64,000 bases of DNA from Candidatus Parcubacteria bacterium (lineage in GTDB: Bacteria; Patescibacteriota; Minisyncoccia; Phycocordibacterales; JAKFXT01): the NCBI GenBank assembly GCA_021414235.1, contig JAIOOV010000004.1, positions 409,591-473,590 of the forward strand. Reading direction: 5' to 3'. Numbering within the stretch: the stretch's first letter is position 1; the number at the start of each line of letters is the position of its first letter. Positions 43,732 to 54,275 of the stretch are shown here, in pieces. The notes under the pieces are model-generated. The model was not told the origin of the DNA, searched no databases, and saw nothing but the letters and a program-made list of their open reading frames with translations. The position numbers and the translations under genes are program-made.

Positions 43732-44628
43732 TCATTTCTGACACTGTGGACAATACACGGTTGTGCGTCCATTCAGCTGTATGGTAAGCAGTTTTTTGGC
43801 GCATTTCGAGCATTTCTCACCCGTTTTTCCATACACTTTATGCTCCCTCGCATAATTTCCGCGCGATCCATCGGCCAGGAGATAATCCGCGACAGAGGAG
43901 CCGCCGAGGTGTATAGCCGCATCGATAGTACGTTTGATCGCTTTGTATAACTTCTCTATCTCCGCCGAGGTGACTTTTGCAATCTGCCGCGTCGGACGCA
44001 CGCCTGCCTCATACGCCACCTCATCCGCATAGATATTACCGAGTCCAGTAACTACCTTCTGATCCATGAGCACTTTCTTGAGCGTACCCTTGCGTACTTT
44101 CAATGCATCACGGAAATATTCGAGAGTGAACGCTGGATCAAGCGGTTCCACTCCGAGATTGGAGAAATGCCCGAGCCTCTCTGCTTCCTCCAAGTTCTTG
44201 TAGTAAAGGAGATAGCCGAACATGCGCGTGTCGTTATAGAAAAGAGTTTCCCTCCCAAGATGGAAGATGAGACGGGTATGCTTGTTGGGAAGCTCACTCT
44301 CAGAGAGCTCGATAGGATGCCCTCCGGTAACGGCCTTCTTACCCTTCTCTTTGTAAACCAATTGCCCCGTCATCTTGAGATGCACGATCATGACTTTCCC
44401 ATGCGAGAAATGGAAGATGAGGTTCTTGGCGCGGCGGCTGATCGAGAGGATCTTCTCTTTCTCTAAGCCATTCATGAAAGCCTTGGTCTTTGCAGGCGTA
44501 GCTGTACGTGCATTACCAAGCCCCGACACCATCTTTGGTGCGAGCACTTCTATCCTCTTTATTGTCTGCCCCAGTACCACCTTCTCCAGGCTGCGGCGCA
44601 GGCTCTCTACCTCGGGGAGTTCCGGCAT
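43732..44628 (-). CDS. mutM: formamidopyrimidine-DNA glycosylase (Fpg/MutM)
   Basis: N-terminal MPELPEVE (Pro2/Glu3 catalytic residues), an H2TH domain, and a C-terminal C4 zinc finger (CSKC...CPQC). Confidence 0.9.
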   Translation of the reverse strand: MPELPEVESLRRSLEKVVLGQTIKRIEVLAPKMVSGLGNARTATPAKTKAFMNGLEKEKILSISRRAKNLIFHFSHGKVMIVHLKMTGQLVYKEKGKKAVTGGHPIELSESELPNKHTRLIFHLGRETLFYNDTRMFGYLLYYKNLEEAERLGHFSNLGVEPLDPAFTLEYFRDALKVRKGTLKKVLMDQKVVTGLGNIYADEVAYEAGVRPTRQIAKVTSAEIEKLYKAIKRTIDAAIHLGGSSVADYLLADGSRGNYAREHKVYGKTGEKCSKCAKKLLTIQLNGRTTVYCPQCQK

Positions 44629-44705
44629 AGAAACATGCTAGCACATTTGACAATACTAATATGGAGTTGTTCTATTAAAATATATCAACCCTTGGGAGGC
44701 GCCCA

Positions 44706-45164
44706 ATGCAGTTCTTTCTCAACCGACTGGAGTCTCCTGCAGGACTCCGACCGCTCTCGACAACCTGCTGGATCGGCGTGACCATACCGTTCGTCCTGTT
44801 CTTCGTCGCGAATGGTCACGCGCGATATCCGTGGTACCTTCAATTCCCGCTTTTCTGGATGCTGGGTACTTCCCTGCTCGGCTTCATCGTGCTCGCGTTC
44901 CTCGGCAAAGCCGCGAAGGCGTATGCCGAAGCCAACGTGACTGAAGTGCGACGTCGAGCACTCCTCGCTCCCCTCGCCTTCGGCTTTTTCACCAGCATGC
45001 TGGTGATAAGCTGGCGTACCGGCGGGCTCCTCGCCGTCATCTTCGCGTTCGCAGCAATCATCGCCTTCTTCATGGCGATCCACTACGCCCGCAGCACATT
45101 CCTGATGGCCAAGAAGCAGGGACAGGTCGCAGCGAATGCCGCAAAACACGCGGCTTCGCGCTAA
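44706..45164 (+). CDS. hypothetical membrane protein (4 TM)
   Basis: 152-aa ORF with four hydrophobic helices. An upstream TTGACA and a GGGAGG RBS lie 7 nt before the ATG. Confidence 0.55.
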   Translation: MQFFLNRLESPAGLRPLSTTCWIGVTIPFVLFFVANGHARYPWYLQFPLFWMLGTSLLGFIVLAFLGKAAKAYAEANVTEVRRRALLAPLAFGFFTSMLVISWRTGGLLAVIFAFAAIIAFFMAIHYARSTFLMAKKQGQVAANAAKHAASR

Positions 45165-45170
45165 GAACAA

Positions 45171-45211
45171 CCCCCTCCCGCGCGATGCGCGGGAGGGGGT
45201 TCGTCATTTTT
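45171..45211 (+). terminator. strong rho-independent terminator
   Basis: Stem CCCCCTCCCGCGC-GATG-CGCGGGAGGGGG (12-13 bp, GC-rich) followed by TTCGTCATTTTT. Lies between two convergent genes. Confidence 0.7.
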
Positions 45212-45214
45212 ACA

Positions 45215-47803
45215 CTACGCCTTGAGCGCCTTCTTCAGATACTTGCCGGTATACGACTTAGAATTGTTAGCCACCTCTTCCGGAGTACCCTTAGCTACGA
45301 TATCTCCCCCGCCTACGCCACCATCAGGACCGATATCGATGATGTAGTCCGCGCTCTTGATGATCTCCATGTTGTGCTCGATCACCACCACGGTATTCCC
45401 CTTGTCTACCAACTTCTGCACGATCTCGATGAGCTTCTTCACGTCTTCGTAGTGGAGACCTATGCTGGGTTCGTCTAATAGGTAAATGGTCTTCTGGAGA
45501 TGTGCCCGGTAGAGCTCAGAGGATATCTTCACGCGCTGTGCCTCGCCGCCAGAGAGAGTGGTAGCGGATTGTCCGAGTTCCAAGTAACCGAGACCCACAT
45601 CCGAGAGCGTCCGCAGGCGGTCGTAGATAGATGGAATATCCTCGAAAAACTCCATGGACTCTTCCACGGTCATACGGAGCACGTCATAGATACTCTTCTT
45701 CTTGTACTTCACTTCAAGAGTCTCCTTCATGAAGCGCTTGCCGTTACAGACATCGCAGGGCACGTAGACGGTAGGCAGGAAGTGCATCTCCACAGCGATC
45801 TCTCCATTACCCTGGCAGGCTTCACAGCGACCCCCCTTCACGTTGAAGGAGAAGCGATTGGCCTTCCAGCCGCGCGCACGGGCTTCCGATGTTTCTGCAA
45901 AGAGATCACGGATGAAAGTGAAGGAGCCGGTATAGGTAGCGGGGTTGGAGCGCGGAGTGCGGCCGATAGGAGACTGGTCGATGAGGATGACACGACTCAC
46001 GTATTCGCTGCCAGTAAAGGAGGTTGCATTGAAGGTCTGATTAGAGCGGTAGCGGCGCTCAAAGCGGGCCTGCAGATTCTTGTGGAGGATCTCGTAGAGA
46101 AAAGAGGACTTACCCGAGCCGGAAACGCCAGTGACCAGCACGAGCTTACCGAGCGGAACGTCCACATTGAGATTCTTGATATTGAAAACCTTGCCGCCCT
46201 TGATCTTAAGCGCACCCTTGTCCGCCGTACGACGCGTCTCGGGGATCTCGATCTTCTTCTCGCCACGGAGATACGCGAGCGTGAGCGAACCGGAATCGTT
46301 CTTCTTAGCGGTGAGAAGCTTGTCCAAGTCCCCCGCCACTACCACGTTGCCGCCGTGCACGCCCGCGCCCGGACCTATATCCACCAGATAGTCAGAAGAG
46401 AAGATAGTATCTTCGTCATGCTCCACCACGATGATGGTGTTGCCGAGGTCGCGCAGGCGGATGAGCGTCTGGATGAGACGATCGTTGTCGCGGGAGTGGA
46501 GACCGATAGTAGGCTCATCGAGCACGTAGAGGGCACCCACAAGACCTGAGCCGAGCTGGGAAGCAAGACGGATGCGCTGGCTCTCTCCTCCCGAAAGCGT
46601 ATTGGCCCTGCGATCGAGCGTGAGATAGTCGAGGCCGACGTTCAGCATGAACTGCAGGCGCGCAGAGATCTCACGCAGCACCACCTTGGCGATGCTCTTC
46701 TCCGTAGGAGTAAGGTCGAGATCCTCGAAAAAGACGTGCGCATCTTTTATAGAAAGATTGGTCAGCTCCACGATGTTCTTCCTCTTCTCCTTGTTCCCTC
46801 CGAGGAAGACATGGAGTGCCTCCGGACGCAGACGTGCGCCGTTACAGGTAGGACACGCCTCCGAGCCGAAGAAGTGCTTAGTGCCAAGGCCGTTACAGGC
46901 AGGACAGGCTCCGTAGGGAGAGTTGAAGGAGAAGAGGCGCGGCTCGATCTCCGGGAAAGAGAAGCCGTCGTAGGGACACATGAACTTAGCGGAAATGAGA
47001 CGCTCTCCCTCAGGAGATTCCAGCTTGATGAGACCGTTCGATTCCTCAAGGGCTTTTTCTACCGCCTCCGAGAGACGCTCCCGCGCAGCAGATTTGTTAT
47101 CCCGAAACTCCGTAAGAAAGAGCTCGTCCACCAGCACGTCGATGTCGTGCTTCTTCTGCTTGGCAAGGATGATCTGCTCACGCAGGCGCTTCATCTGACC
47201 ATCCACCTTGACCCACTCGTAGCCCTTGCCGAGGAGGTCATAGAGGAGCTGGTAGTATTCACCCTTCCTACCCACCACGAGCGGAGAGAAGATCTTGATC
47301 TTGGCGTCCGAGAGCGGTACACCCATCACTTCCCCCTTCTTCTCCTTGTTGCCCTTCTCTGCCGTCTCCAGGATGGTCTCCAGGATCTCTTCGTTAGTGA
47401 GCTTGCGGATCTCGCGACCACAGGTGAGACAGTGCGGCTTACCTACGCGTGCATAGAGAATGCGGAGATAGTCATATATCTCGGTGATGGTGGCCACCGT
47501 AGAGCGAGGGTTGTTGGAGCGAGACTTCTGATCGATGGAGATGGCTGGAGAGAGGCCTACGATCTCGTCCACATCCGGCTTCTGCATCTGATTCAAGAAC
47601 TGCCGGGCATAGGCAGAGAGAGACTCCACATAACGGCGCTGGCCTTCCGCGAAGATGGTATCGAAAGCAAGGGATGATTTGCCGGAGCCGGAGAGCCCAG
47701 TGAAGACCACCATCTTGTTGCGCGGCATCTCCACCGTGATGTTCTTCAGGTTGTGAGTACGCGCACCCTTTACGATTATGCTGTCGTGTATCTTTGAGTC
47801 CAT
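45215..47803 (-). CDS. uvrA: excinuclease ABC subunit A
   Basis: Two ABC ATPase modules ([27 protein letters not shown]), zinc-finger Cys clusters, and an LSGGE signature. 862 aa. Confidence 0.95.
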   Translation of the reverse strand: MDSKIHDSIIVKGARTHNLKNITVEMPRNKMVVFTGLSGSGKSSLAFDTIFAEGQRRYVESLSAYARQFLNQMQKPDVDEIVGLSPAISIDQKSRSNNPRSTVATITEIYDYLRILYARVGKPHCLTCGREIRKLTNEEILETILETAEKGNKEKKGEVMGVPLSDAKIKIFSPLVVGRKGEYYQLLYDLLGKGYEWVKVDGQMKRLREQIILAKQKKHDIDVLVDELFLTEFRDNKSAARERLSEAVEKALEESNGLIKLESPEGERLISAKFMCPYDGFSFPEIEPRLFSFNSPYGACPACNGLGTKHFFGSEACPTCNGARLRPEALHVFLGGNKEKRKNIVELTNLSIKDAHVFFEDLDLTPTEKSIAKVVLREISARLQFMLNVGLDYLTLDRRANTLSGGESQRIRLASQLGSGLVGALYVLDEPTIGLHSRDNDRLIQTLIRLRDLGNTIIVVEHDEDTIFSSDYLVDIGPGAGVHGGNVVVAGDLDKLLTAKKNDSGSLTLAYLRGEKKIEIPETRRTADKGALKIKGGKVFNIKNLNVDVPLGKLVLVTGVSGSGKSSFLYEILHKNLQARFERRYRSNQTFNATSFTGSEYVSRVILIDQSPIGRTPRSNPATYTGSFTFIRDLFAETSEARARGWKANRFSFNVKGGRCEACQGNGEIAVEMHFLPTVYVPCDVCNGKRFMKETLEVKYKKKSIYDVLRMTVEESMEFFEDIPSIYDRLRTLSDVGLGYLELGQSATTLSGGEAQRVKISSELYRAHLQKTIYLLDEPSIGLHYEDVKKLIEIVQKLVDKGNTVVVIEHNMEIIKSADYIIDIGPDGGVGGGDIVAKGTPEEVANNSKSYTGKYLKKALKA

Positions 47804-47884
47804 ATGGATATGCCCCGCGCGGAGGCGCAGGGGGTATGTAGCAAAAAGTCTAGCATATTAGGGCTTTTTTAGCTACAACATTAT

Positions 47885-47913
47885 TTGACTTTAGTGTATT
47901 AATGGGATATAAT
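47885..47913 (+). promoter_or_regulatory. sigma-70 promoter TTGACT-17-TATAAT (TTGACTTT family)
   Basis: TTGACTTTagtgtattaatgggaTATAAT, with a consensus -10, lies ~35 nt upstream of the ATG at 47949 (RBS GAGGT). Confidence 0.6.
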
Positions 47914-47948
47914 TAGACACACGTTCTTTACACAAACACGAGGTAAGA

Positions 47949-48692
47949 ATGCCCCTCGAGAAAAGCTTAGCCCTTACCCTCCTCTTTCTGGCCCTGCTTA
48001 CCGTTGTCTTGTGGACTTCTCGAAAAGTCTGGTACAGAAAGGAGAATCGGGCCAAGAAGGCCGCCATACTCCGCCAGAGGACGGAAGAATACCGCCGCTT
48101 GGCGGATCCCAACGACCCCATGCTCCAGGAGAACGCAAAGAAGGTGCGCTGGGCAAAGCCGCTCGACGACATCCGGCGGCTCCTCCAAACCGAACGCAGT
48201 TGGATACTCCGCAAGGCGTTCTCGCTACGCCATGCGAACGAATTTTCCTGGAACCTCTTCGGCACGGATCGCGAAGAGATCATCACCACCCACCTCCTGG
48301 CGGAGATCTCCATCAAGCTTCGCCTTGGAAACGAATATGTGGAGTGGGAAATCCAGAGACTGAGGGAGAAGGCTGACAAACCTTCCTCTTCCCGCGGCGA
48401 ACTCAAAGTCGCCTTGATGGAACTTGATCACCGCCGAATCGCGATGGAGAAGACGACCAAGTTGTGCATGAAGTTCTACGCGGACTTCGTGTTCAACAAA
48501 AACTCCAAGCGCCAGAAAGGAACGAAGGACCTCACAGTCTTCAAAGCCCTCGCTAAAGAGGTCGAACAGTTCCTGAAAAGCGGAGAGTCATTCGAAGCGC
48601 TTCGCAAAGATGTGGAAACATCTTCTCGCATCATTCGAAAGGACGTAACCTCAGGCCCGGAAATTGTTGATCTCTCAGGAGGAGTGAAGTGA
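47949..48692 (+). CDS. hypothetical protein with N-terminal signal/anchor (247 aa)
   Basis: N-terminal hydrophobic segment (LALTLLFLALLTVVLW) followed by a charged helical region. No motif recognised. Overlaps the next gene by 4 nt. Confidence 0.55.
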   Translation: MPLEKSLALTLLFLALLTVVLWTSRKVWYRKENRAKKAAILRQRTEEYRRLADPNDPMLQENAKKVRWAKPLDDIRRLLQTERSWILRKAFSLRHANEFSWNLFGTDREEIITTHLLAEISIKLRLGNEYVEWEIQRLREKADKPSSSRGELKVALMELDHRRIAMEKTTKLCMKFYADFVFNKNSKRQKGTKDLTVFKALAKEVEQFLKSGESFEALRKDVETSSRIIRKDVTSGPEIVDLSGGVK

Positions 48693-49039
48693 ACAAACTT
48701 CTTGTAGTCACCCCCCTCATCGGGCTGCTGATGGTAAGCAGCAACCAAACCGCTAGCGAAACACTGCAACCCAAGGAACCTCCTGAATTTCGCACCCTGA
48801 GCCACATCGAAAGCCGGCCAGGGCCCACCAAGGACACCAGGGACGAGGACAATCTCCTCGTACTCCTGAATCAGTGGGAGGCACGCCTCAAGGGAATGAA
48901 TCCGCTCCCAGGCCTCGAGGAGCGAATCAGAAAGCTCAAAGGCTTCATGAAGATCGAGCAGGACGAATTGCTCAATCTTCAAATCGATCTGCTCATCATC
49001 GAAACGGAGGTCTTCCTCCTCGACCTTGATCCTCCGTGA
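48689..49039 (+). CDS. small secreted hypothetical protein (116 aa), GTG start
   Basis: GTG start with a GGAG RBS. Signal-peptide-like N-terminus (MNKLLVVTPLIGLLMVSSNQTASE). Overlaps the previous stop as GTGA. Confidence 0.45.
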   Translation: MNKLLVVTPLIGLLMVSSNQTASETLQPKEPPEFRTLSHIESRPGPTKDTRDEDNLLVLLNQWEARLKGMNPLPGLEERIRKLKGFMKIEQDELLNLQIDLLIIETEVFLLDLDPP

Positions 49040-49056
49040 TCAAGGTCGTCTTCTTT

Positions 49057-51183
49057 TTATACCTTCTTCTTCCTCCCAATCTTCTGTCTCGTAATGACCG
49101 GCCGGTTATCTTTAAACGTCCTCTCCTTCTCTTTCTTCTCCGGAGGCTTTCCCGAACCAATAGCCTTCCCTTGTAGTGCCTCTATCTCATCCCGCAAAAG
49201 CGCAGCGGTTTCGAAATCCAAAAGCTTCACCGCCTCATTCATCTGCTTGGTCTTCTCGCGGATGACCTTGGCAGGATTCTTCTTGTACTCCTCCGCATCA
49301 AGCATGGCGAGCGTACCTACCGCCTTCTGATGCTCGCTCTGGAGCTGATCGGTGATGTCCTGGATCTTCTTGATGATCGTCTTCGGAGTGATGCCATGCT
49401 TCTTGTTGTAAGCCACCTGAATAGCGCGACGACGATCGGTCTCTTTGATAGCGCGGTCAAGGGAGCCAGTCATGTTATCGGCATAGAGGATGACGCGCCC
49501 GAGCACGTTACGCGCTGCGCGGCCGATGGTCTGGATAAGCGAAGTTTCTGAGCGCAGGAAGCCTTCCTTGTCCGCGTCCAGGATACCAATGAGTTCCACC
49601 TCTGGAAGGTCGAGACCTTCACGAAGCAGATTCACGCCCACGAGACAGTCGAACTTACCCCTGCGGAATTCGGTGAGGATGGTGATGCGGTCGATGGTCT
49701 TTATATCGCTATGGAGATACTCGGCCTTCATCCCCTTTTCTTTGAGATACGTGCTGAGATCCTCTGCCATCTTCTTGGTGAGCGTGGTGGCGATGGCGCG
49801 ACCGCCGCCCTTTATGACCTTCTCAGCTTCCAATATGAAATCAGGAATCTGACCCTTGTAGGTACCTTTACCTGTCACCGGACGCACAGAGAGCTCCGGA
49901 TCAATGAGACCGGTCGGGCGAATGACCTGCTCCACTACTTGCTCGCTATGCTCCTTCTCATACGCCCCCGGAGTAGCGGAGGTGTAGATGACCTGACCCA
50001 CGCGCTCGTCGAACTCAGCGAAGGTAAGCGGACGGTTATCCTTGGCGGAAGGCAGGCGGAAGCCATGTTCCACGAGGGTCTCCTTACGGGAGCGATCTCC
50101 CGCATACATGCCGCCGATCTGCGGTACGGTCACGTGGGACTCGTCGATGATGGTAAGGAAATCAGGAGAGCCATCCGCTTTCTTGGGGAAATATGAAAGA
50201 AGAGTGTACGGCGCCTCTCCTGCCTTGCGGCCATCGAAATGGCGGGAGTAGTTCTCGATGCCGTTGCAGTAGCCCACCTCGCGGATGAGCGCAAGGTCAT
50301 AGCTGGTGCGGCGCTTGATGCGCTCATGCTCCAGGACCTTCTCCTCGCTCTTAAATTTCTTAAGCTGTGCTTCAAGCTCGGCCTTGATGTCATCGATGGC
50401 ACGCAGGCGCTCGTCTTCGGGCGTGACGAAGTGCTTGGCCGGGAAGAGGAAGAAGCTCTGGAGCGTATCGAGAATGGAGCGGGAGATAGCATCAATGAGC
50501 GAGATACGCTCTATAGCCTCCGGTCCAAACTCCAGGCGGTAGATGACCTTTTCGTTCACCGGCATGATCTCCACAGTGTTGCCGATAGCGCGGAAGCTAC
50601 CCGGCTTGAGATCAGCGGGAGTGCGCTCGAAATAGAGACCGATGAGCTTACGGATAAGGTCCTGCCGGGAAAGCTTGTCACCTACCAGGAACTTGAGGTG
50701 AACCTTCTCATACTCCTCCGGCGAGCCCAAGCCGTAGATGCAGGAGACAGACGCTACGATGATCACATCCTTCCTGGTGAGAAGCGCTTGAGTAGAAGCA
50801 TGACGCAGACGATCAATCTCCTCGTTGATCTGCGCTTCTTTCTCGATATAGGTATCGGAAACTGGGAGATACGCTTCCGGTTGATAGAAATCGTAATAGG
50901 AGACGAAGTAATGCACCGCATTCTCCGGAAAGAACTCCTTGTACTCCTGAGCGAGCTGAGCCGCGAGCGTCTTGTTGTGCGCGATAACCAGAGTAGGCTT
51001 CTGAATCGCATTGATTACGTTGGCCGCGGTGAAAGTCTTGCCCGATCCAGTCACACCAAGGAGCGTCTGATGGCGCATACCCTTGTTCACGCCTTCTATG
51101 AGCGCGGGAATGGCTGTGACCTGGTCACCCGCCGGTTTCCAGTCTGCTTTGAGCTTAAATCCTTTGTCGGTTGGTTGAGACAT
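49057..51183 (-). CDS. uvrB: excinuclease ABC subunit B
   Basis: N-terminal FKLKADWKPAGDQVTAI, helicase motif I GVTGSGKT, beta-hairpin and UvrB C-terminal domain. 708 aa. Confidence 0.95.
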   Translation of the reverse strand: MSQPTDKGFKLKADWKPAGDQVTAIPALIEGVNKGMRHQTLLGVTGSGKTFTAANVINAIQKPTLVIAHNKTLAAQLAQEYKEFFPENAVHYFVSYYDFYQPEAYLPVSDTYIEKEAQINEEIDRLRHASTQALLTRKDVIIVASVSCIYGLGSPEEYEKVHLKFLVGDKLSRQDLIRKLIGLYFERTPADLKPGSFRAIGNTVEIMPVNEKVIYRLEFGPEAIERISLIDAISRSILDTLQSFFLFPAKHFVTPEDERLRAIDDIKAELEAQLKKFKSEEKVLEHERIKRRTSYDLALIREVGYCNGIENYSRHFDGRKAGEAPYTLLSYFPKKADGSPDFLTIIDESHVTVPQIGGMYAGDRSRKETLVEHGFRLPSAKDNRPLTFAEFDERVGQVIYTSATPGAYEKEHSEQVVEQVIRPTGLIDPELSVRPVTGKGTYKGQIPDFILEAEKVIKGGGRAIATTLTKKMAEDLSTYLKEKGMKAEYLHSDIKTIDRITILTEFRRGKFDCLVGVNLLREGLDLPEVELIGILDADKEGFLRSETSLIQTIGRAARNVLGRVILYADNMTGSLDRAIKETDRRRAIQVAYNKKHGITPKTIIKKIQDITDQLQSEHQKAVGTLAMLDAEEYKKNPAKVIREKTKQMNEAVKLLDFETAALLRDEIEALQGKAIGSGKPPEKKEKERTFKDNRPVITRQKIGRKKKV

Positions 51184-52399
51184 ACTGCTTCATAAATGTA
51201 TCACGGAAGGATTCGAAGCGGTCTTCCAGGATACTTGTGCGGATATCCCTCACCAGATTCACGATGAAATGGAGATTGTGGATGGAGGCAAGCATGCCGC
51301 CGAGGTGCTCCCCTGCACGGAGGAGATGCGTGATATAGCTCTTGGGGAAATTGGCACAGGCATAGCAAGGACAGCCTTCATCGATCGGTCCCTGGTCATG
51401 CAAGAACTTCTCGTAGCGAAGCGAGGTTTTGCCGCTCTTGGTGTAGACCGTACCATTGCGTCCCAAACGCGTGGGCGCCACACAATCGAAGGTATCCATA
51501 CCCTTCTCTACCCCGATGAAGATATCCTCCGGCTCACCGATACCAAGAAGATGCCTCGGCTTATCCTCCGGCAACTCCTCTACTACCACGTCGAGCGCCT
51601 TCACCAAATCCTCCTTGCTGAAGGACCCACCGATGCCGTAGCCATCGAAATCCATATCGGCCAGAATCTTGGCGCTCTCGCGACGTAGATCCTCGAAGCG
51701 TCCGCCCTGTACTACTCCATAGAGTCCCTGTCTCTGGGACGCATCTATATTCTGCTTGTGCGCCTTGAGGGAGCGATCAGCCCAGCGATGAGTACGGTCC
51801 ATCGCCTGCTTTTGATATGCATGGTCGGCAAGCGGAGAGGTGCACTCATCAAATGCAAACATGATGTCCGCTCCGATCTTGTGCTGTATCTCCATGGAGC
51901 GCTCCGCAGTGAAGCGATGGAGCGTCCCATCGTGATGTGAAGTAAAAGTCACCCCCTCTTCGTCCACGATGGCGAGCTTGCCGTGGCTTGTGGCGAGTTC
52001 TTTGTCATAGAAAACAGGAGTCTTGTCCTCTTCCACTTTTATCTCCTCCTGTGTCGCAAATTTCCCTACACCCGCTTCAAAACCCGCGCCAAGCGAGAAT
52101 ACTTGGTAGCCGCCAGAGTCAGTAAGCGTGGGTCCTTCCCAACGCATGAACTTCCCGAGTCCACCCGCCTCCGCCACCACATCCTCTCCCGGCTGAAGGT
52201 AGAGATGGTACGTATTAGAAAGCACCGCCTGCACACCCATCTCTTTCAAGAAATGCGGTGCGACACCCTTCACTGTCGCTTTCGTCCCGACCACGGTAAA
52301 CGCAGGCGTCTCGATGACGCCGTGGGGAGTATGGATGACCCCGGCTCTCCCCTTCCCACCGGGGAGGGATTTGGTTATAGAAAAAGTGACGGGACGCAT
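51155..52399 (-). CDS. tgt: queuine tRNA-ribosyltransferase
   Basis: Tgt N-terminus (FSITKSLPGGKGRAGVIHTPHGVIETPAFTVVGT) and a zinc site CxCxxC...H (CPCYACANF). 3' end overlaps uvrB start by 29 nt. Its start overlaps typA stop by 1 nt. Confidence 0.9.
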   Translation of the reverse strand: MRPVTFSITKSLPGGKGRAGVIHTPHGVIETPAFTVVGTKATVKGVAPHFLKEMGVQAVLSNTYHLYLQPGEDVVAEAGGLGKFMRWEGPTLTDSGGYQVFSLGAGFEAGVGKFATQEEIKVEEDKTPVFYDKELATSHGKLAIVDEEGVTFTSHHDGTLHRFTAERSMEIQHKIGADIMFAFDECTSPLADHAYQKQAMDRTHRWADRSLKAHKQNIDASQRQGLYGVVQGGRFEDLRRESAKILADMDFDGYGIGGSFSKEDLVKALDVVVEELPEDKPRHLLGIGEPEDIFIGVEKGMDTFDCVAPTRLGRNGTVYTKSGKTSLRYEKFLHDQGPIDEGCPCYACANFPKSYITHLLRAGEHLGGMLASIHNLHFIVNLVRDIRTSILEDRFESFRDTFMKQYVSTNRQRI

Positions 52400-54201
52400 T
52401 AGGAGCGCTTGGCGCGCACACGATCCGCTTCGGTGAGGAACTGCTTGCGGAGACGCGTAGAGAGCGGCGTGACCTCGAGATATTCCTCTTCGGTCATGTT
52501 CTCGAGTCCGCGCTCGATAGAGAGCGGCAACGGAGGAGTGAGGTCGATGGCTTCGTCGGAACCGGAAGCACGGACGTTCGAGAGCGCCTTGCCCTTGGTC
52601 GGGTTCACGATCATCTCCTCCCCCTTAGAGGTATTGCCGATGACCATGCCCTCGTACACTTCGGTACCAGGAGCGATGTAAAGCACACCGCGATCCTGCA
52701 GGTTCCAGAGAGAGAAGCCGAGCGCCTTGCCGGAAGCCATGGACACCATAGAGCCGACCGCGCGCTTCCTGATCTCGCCTGCGTACGGACGGAATTCGAG
52801 GACACGGGAAGAGAGGATGCCCTCGCCGCGAGTGTCTACCACGAACTGCCCCTTGTAGCCGAGAAGGCCGCGCGTAGGACCTTCGAGTATGAGGCGCACC
52901 GTGCTGTCATGTACGCGCATATCCGAGAGGATGAAGGCACGCTGACCGAGCTTCTCGATGACTGCACCCTGGTACTCGGAAGGGATATCGATGACCAGTT
53001 CCTCGAACGGCTCCATCTTCACACCGTTCTCTTCCTTGATGATGACCTGCGGCTGAGAGACCTGCATCTCGTAGCCCTCGCGACGCATGTTCTCGAGAAG
53101 GATGGCAACATGGAGTTCACCGCGGCCGTACACGCGGAAGTAGTCGATATTCTGGTACGGCAGGGGCGGTGGAGTGAAGTCCACGCGAAGACCGACGTTC
53201 ACTTCGAGCTCGCGCTCGAGGCGTGCACGAATCTGGCGGGAGGTCACGAACTTCCCTTCCTTGCCGGCGAACGGAGAATTGTTCACCAGGAAGTTGAGGG
53301 CGATGGTCGGCTCGTCCACGTGGATAGCTGGGAGCGGCGTAGCCTCCGCATCCGCAGCGATGGTCTCGCCGATATAGATGTCTGGGAGACCCGCGATGAC
53401 CACGATGTCGCCGGAAGTAGCCTCCTGGACCTCTTTGCGCTCGATACCCTCGAAGGTGAAGATCTTGATGATCTTGCCCGTGCGCTTCTCCCCTGTGGGC
53501 TTTAGTACAAAAACAGAACTACCAGTCTTGAGCACGCCTTCCTGCACGCGCGCGATGGCGAGGCGTCCCATGAAGTTGTCATAGGCGAGGTTGAACGGCT
53601 GCGCGCGAAACGGTACATCCAGAGCGCCATTGGCCTTGGGCACATGCGCGAGTACGAGATCGAGGAGCGGAGCGAGATTGGTGGATTCCTCTTCGAGGGA
53701 ACGCTTGGCGATACCCTGACGGCCGATGGCATAGACCACCGGGAAATTACACTGCTCGTCATTAGCCCCGAGCTCCATGAAGAGCTCGAGCACGAGCTCT
53801 TCCGCATGCTTCGGGTTGGCTGCAGGCTTGTCGATCTTGTTGATGACCACGATAGGCTTGAGACCGAGCTCGAGGCTCTTCTTGAGCACGAAGCGGGTCT
53901 GCGGCATGGGGCCTTCCTGGGCGTCCACGATGAGGAGCACGCAGTCGATGGAGCGGAGCACGCGCTCCACCTCGGAGCCGAAGTCGGCGTGGCCCGGAGT
54001 GTCCACGATGTTGATCTTGGTGTCCTTGTAGAAAATGGAGGTGTTCTTGGAGTAGATGGTGATGCCGCGCTCCTTCTCCAAGTCATTGGAGTCCATGGAC
54101 ACGCCGTTAGCCACCATCCCCGTTTCCTTGAGGATGGCGTCTGTAAGCGTGGTCTTGCCGTGGTCCACGTGCGCGATGATGGCGATGTTTCGGATATCCA
54201 T
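52399..54201 (-). CDS. typA: translational GTPase TypA/BipA
   Basis: G-domain AIIAHVDHGKTTLTD, DTPGHADF, NKID. ~600 aa with EF-G-like domains II, III and V. Confidence 0.9.
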   Translation of the reverse strand: MDIRNIAIIAHVDHGKTTLTDAILKETGMVANGVSMDSNDLEKERGITIYSKNTSIFYKDTKINIVDTPGHADFGSEVERVLRSIDCVLLIVDAQEGPMPQTRFVLKKSLELGLKPIVVINKIDKPAANPKHAEELVLELFMELGANDEQCNFPVVYAIGRQGIAKRSLEEESTNLAPLLDLVLAHVPKANGALDVPFRAQPFNLAYDNFMGRLAIARVQEGVLKTGSSVFVLKPTGEKRTGKIIKIFTFEGIERKEVQEATSGDIVVIAGLPDIYIGETIAADAEATPLPAIHVDEPTIALNFLVNNSPFAGKEGKFVTSRQIRARLERELEVNVGLRVDFTPPPLPYQNIDYFRVYGRGELHVAILLENMRREGYEMQVSQPQVIIKEENGVKMEPFEELVIDIPSEYQGAVIEKLGQRAFILSDMRVHDSTVRLILEGPTRGLLGYKGQFVVDTRGEGILSSRVLEFRPYAGEIRKRAVGSMVSMASGKALGFSLWNLQDRGVLYIAPGTEVYEGMVIGNTSKGEEMIVNPTKGKALSNVRASGSDEAIDLTPPLPLSIERGLENMTEEEYLEVTPLSTRLRKQFLTEADRVRAKRS

Positions 54202-54275
54202 AGCTAAAATGAAAAAGGCTCCGACGAGCTCGGCTACGATACCACAATTCCCCCTATATTGAAAGGAGGTCTCTC

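Noticed and set aside
45500-47677. Plus-strand ORFs (45500..46549, 46736..47677) inside uvrA
   Set aside because: Antisense to uvrA, which has unmistakable ABC ATPase and zinc-finger motifs.
54202-54275. Possible terminator hairpin between the FAD oxidoreductase and typA (GGCTCCGACGAGCTCGGCT)
   Set aside because: The apparent symmetry is a self-complementary CGAGCTCG core that cannot form a stable hairpin loop. Only a T-tract is present, so no terminator is called.
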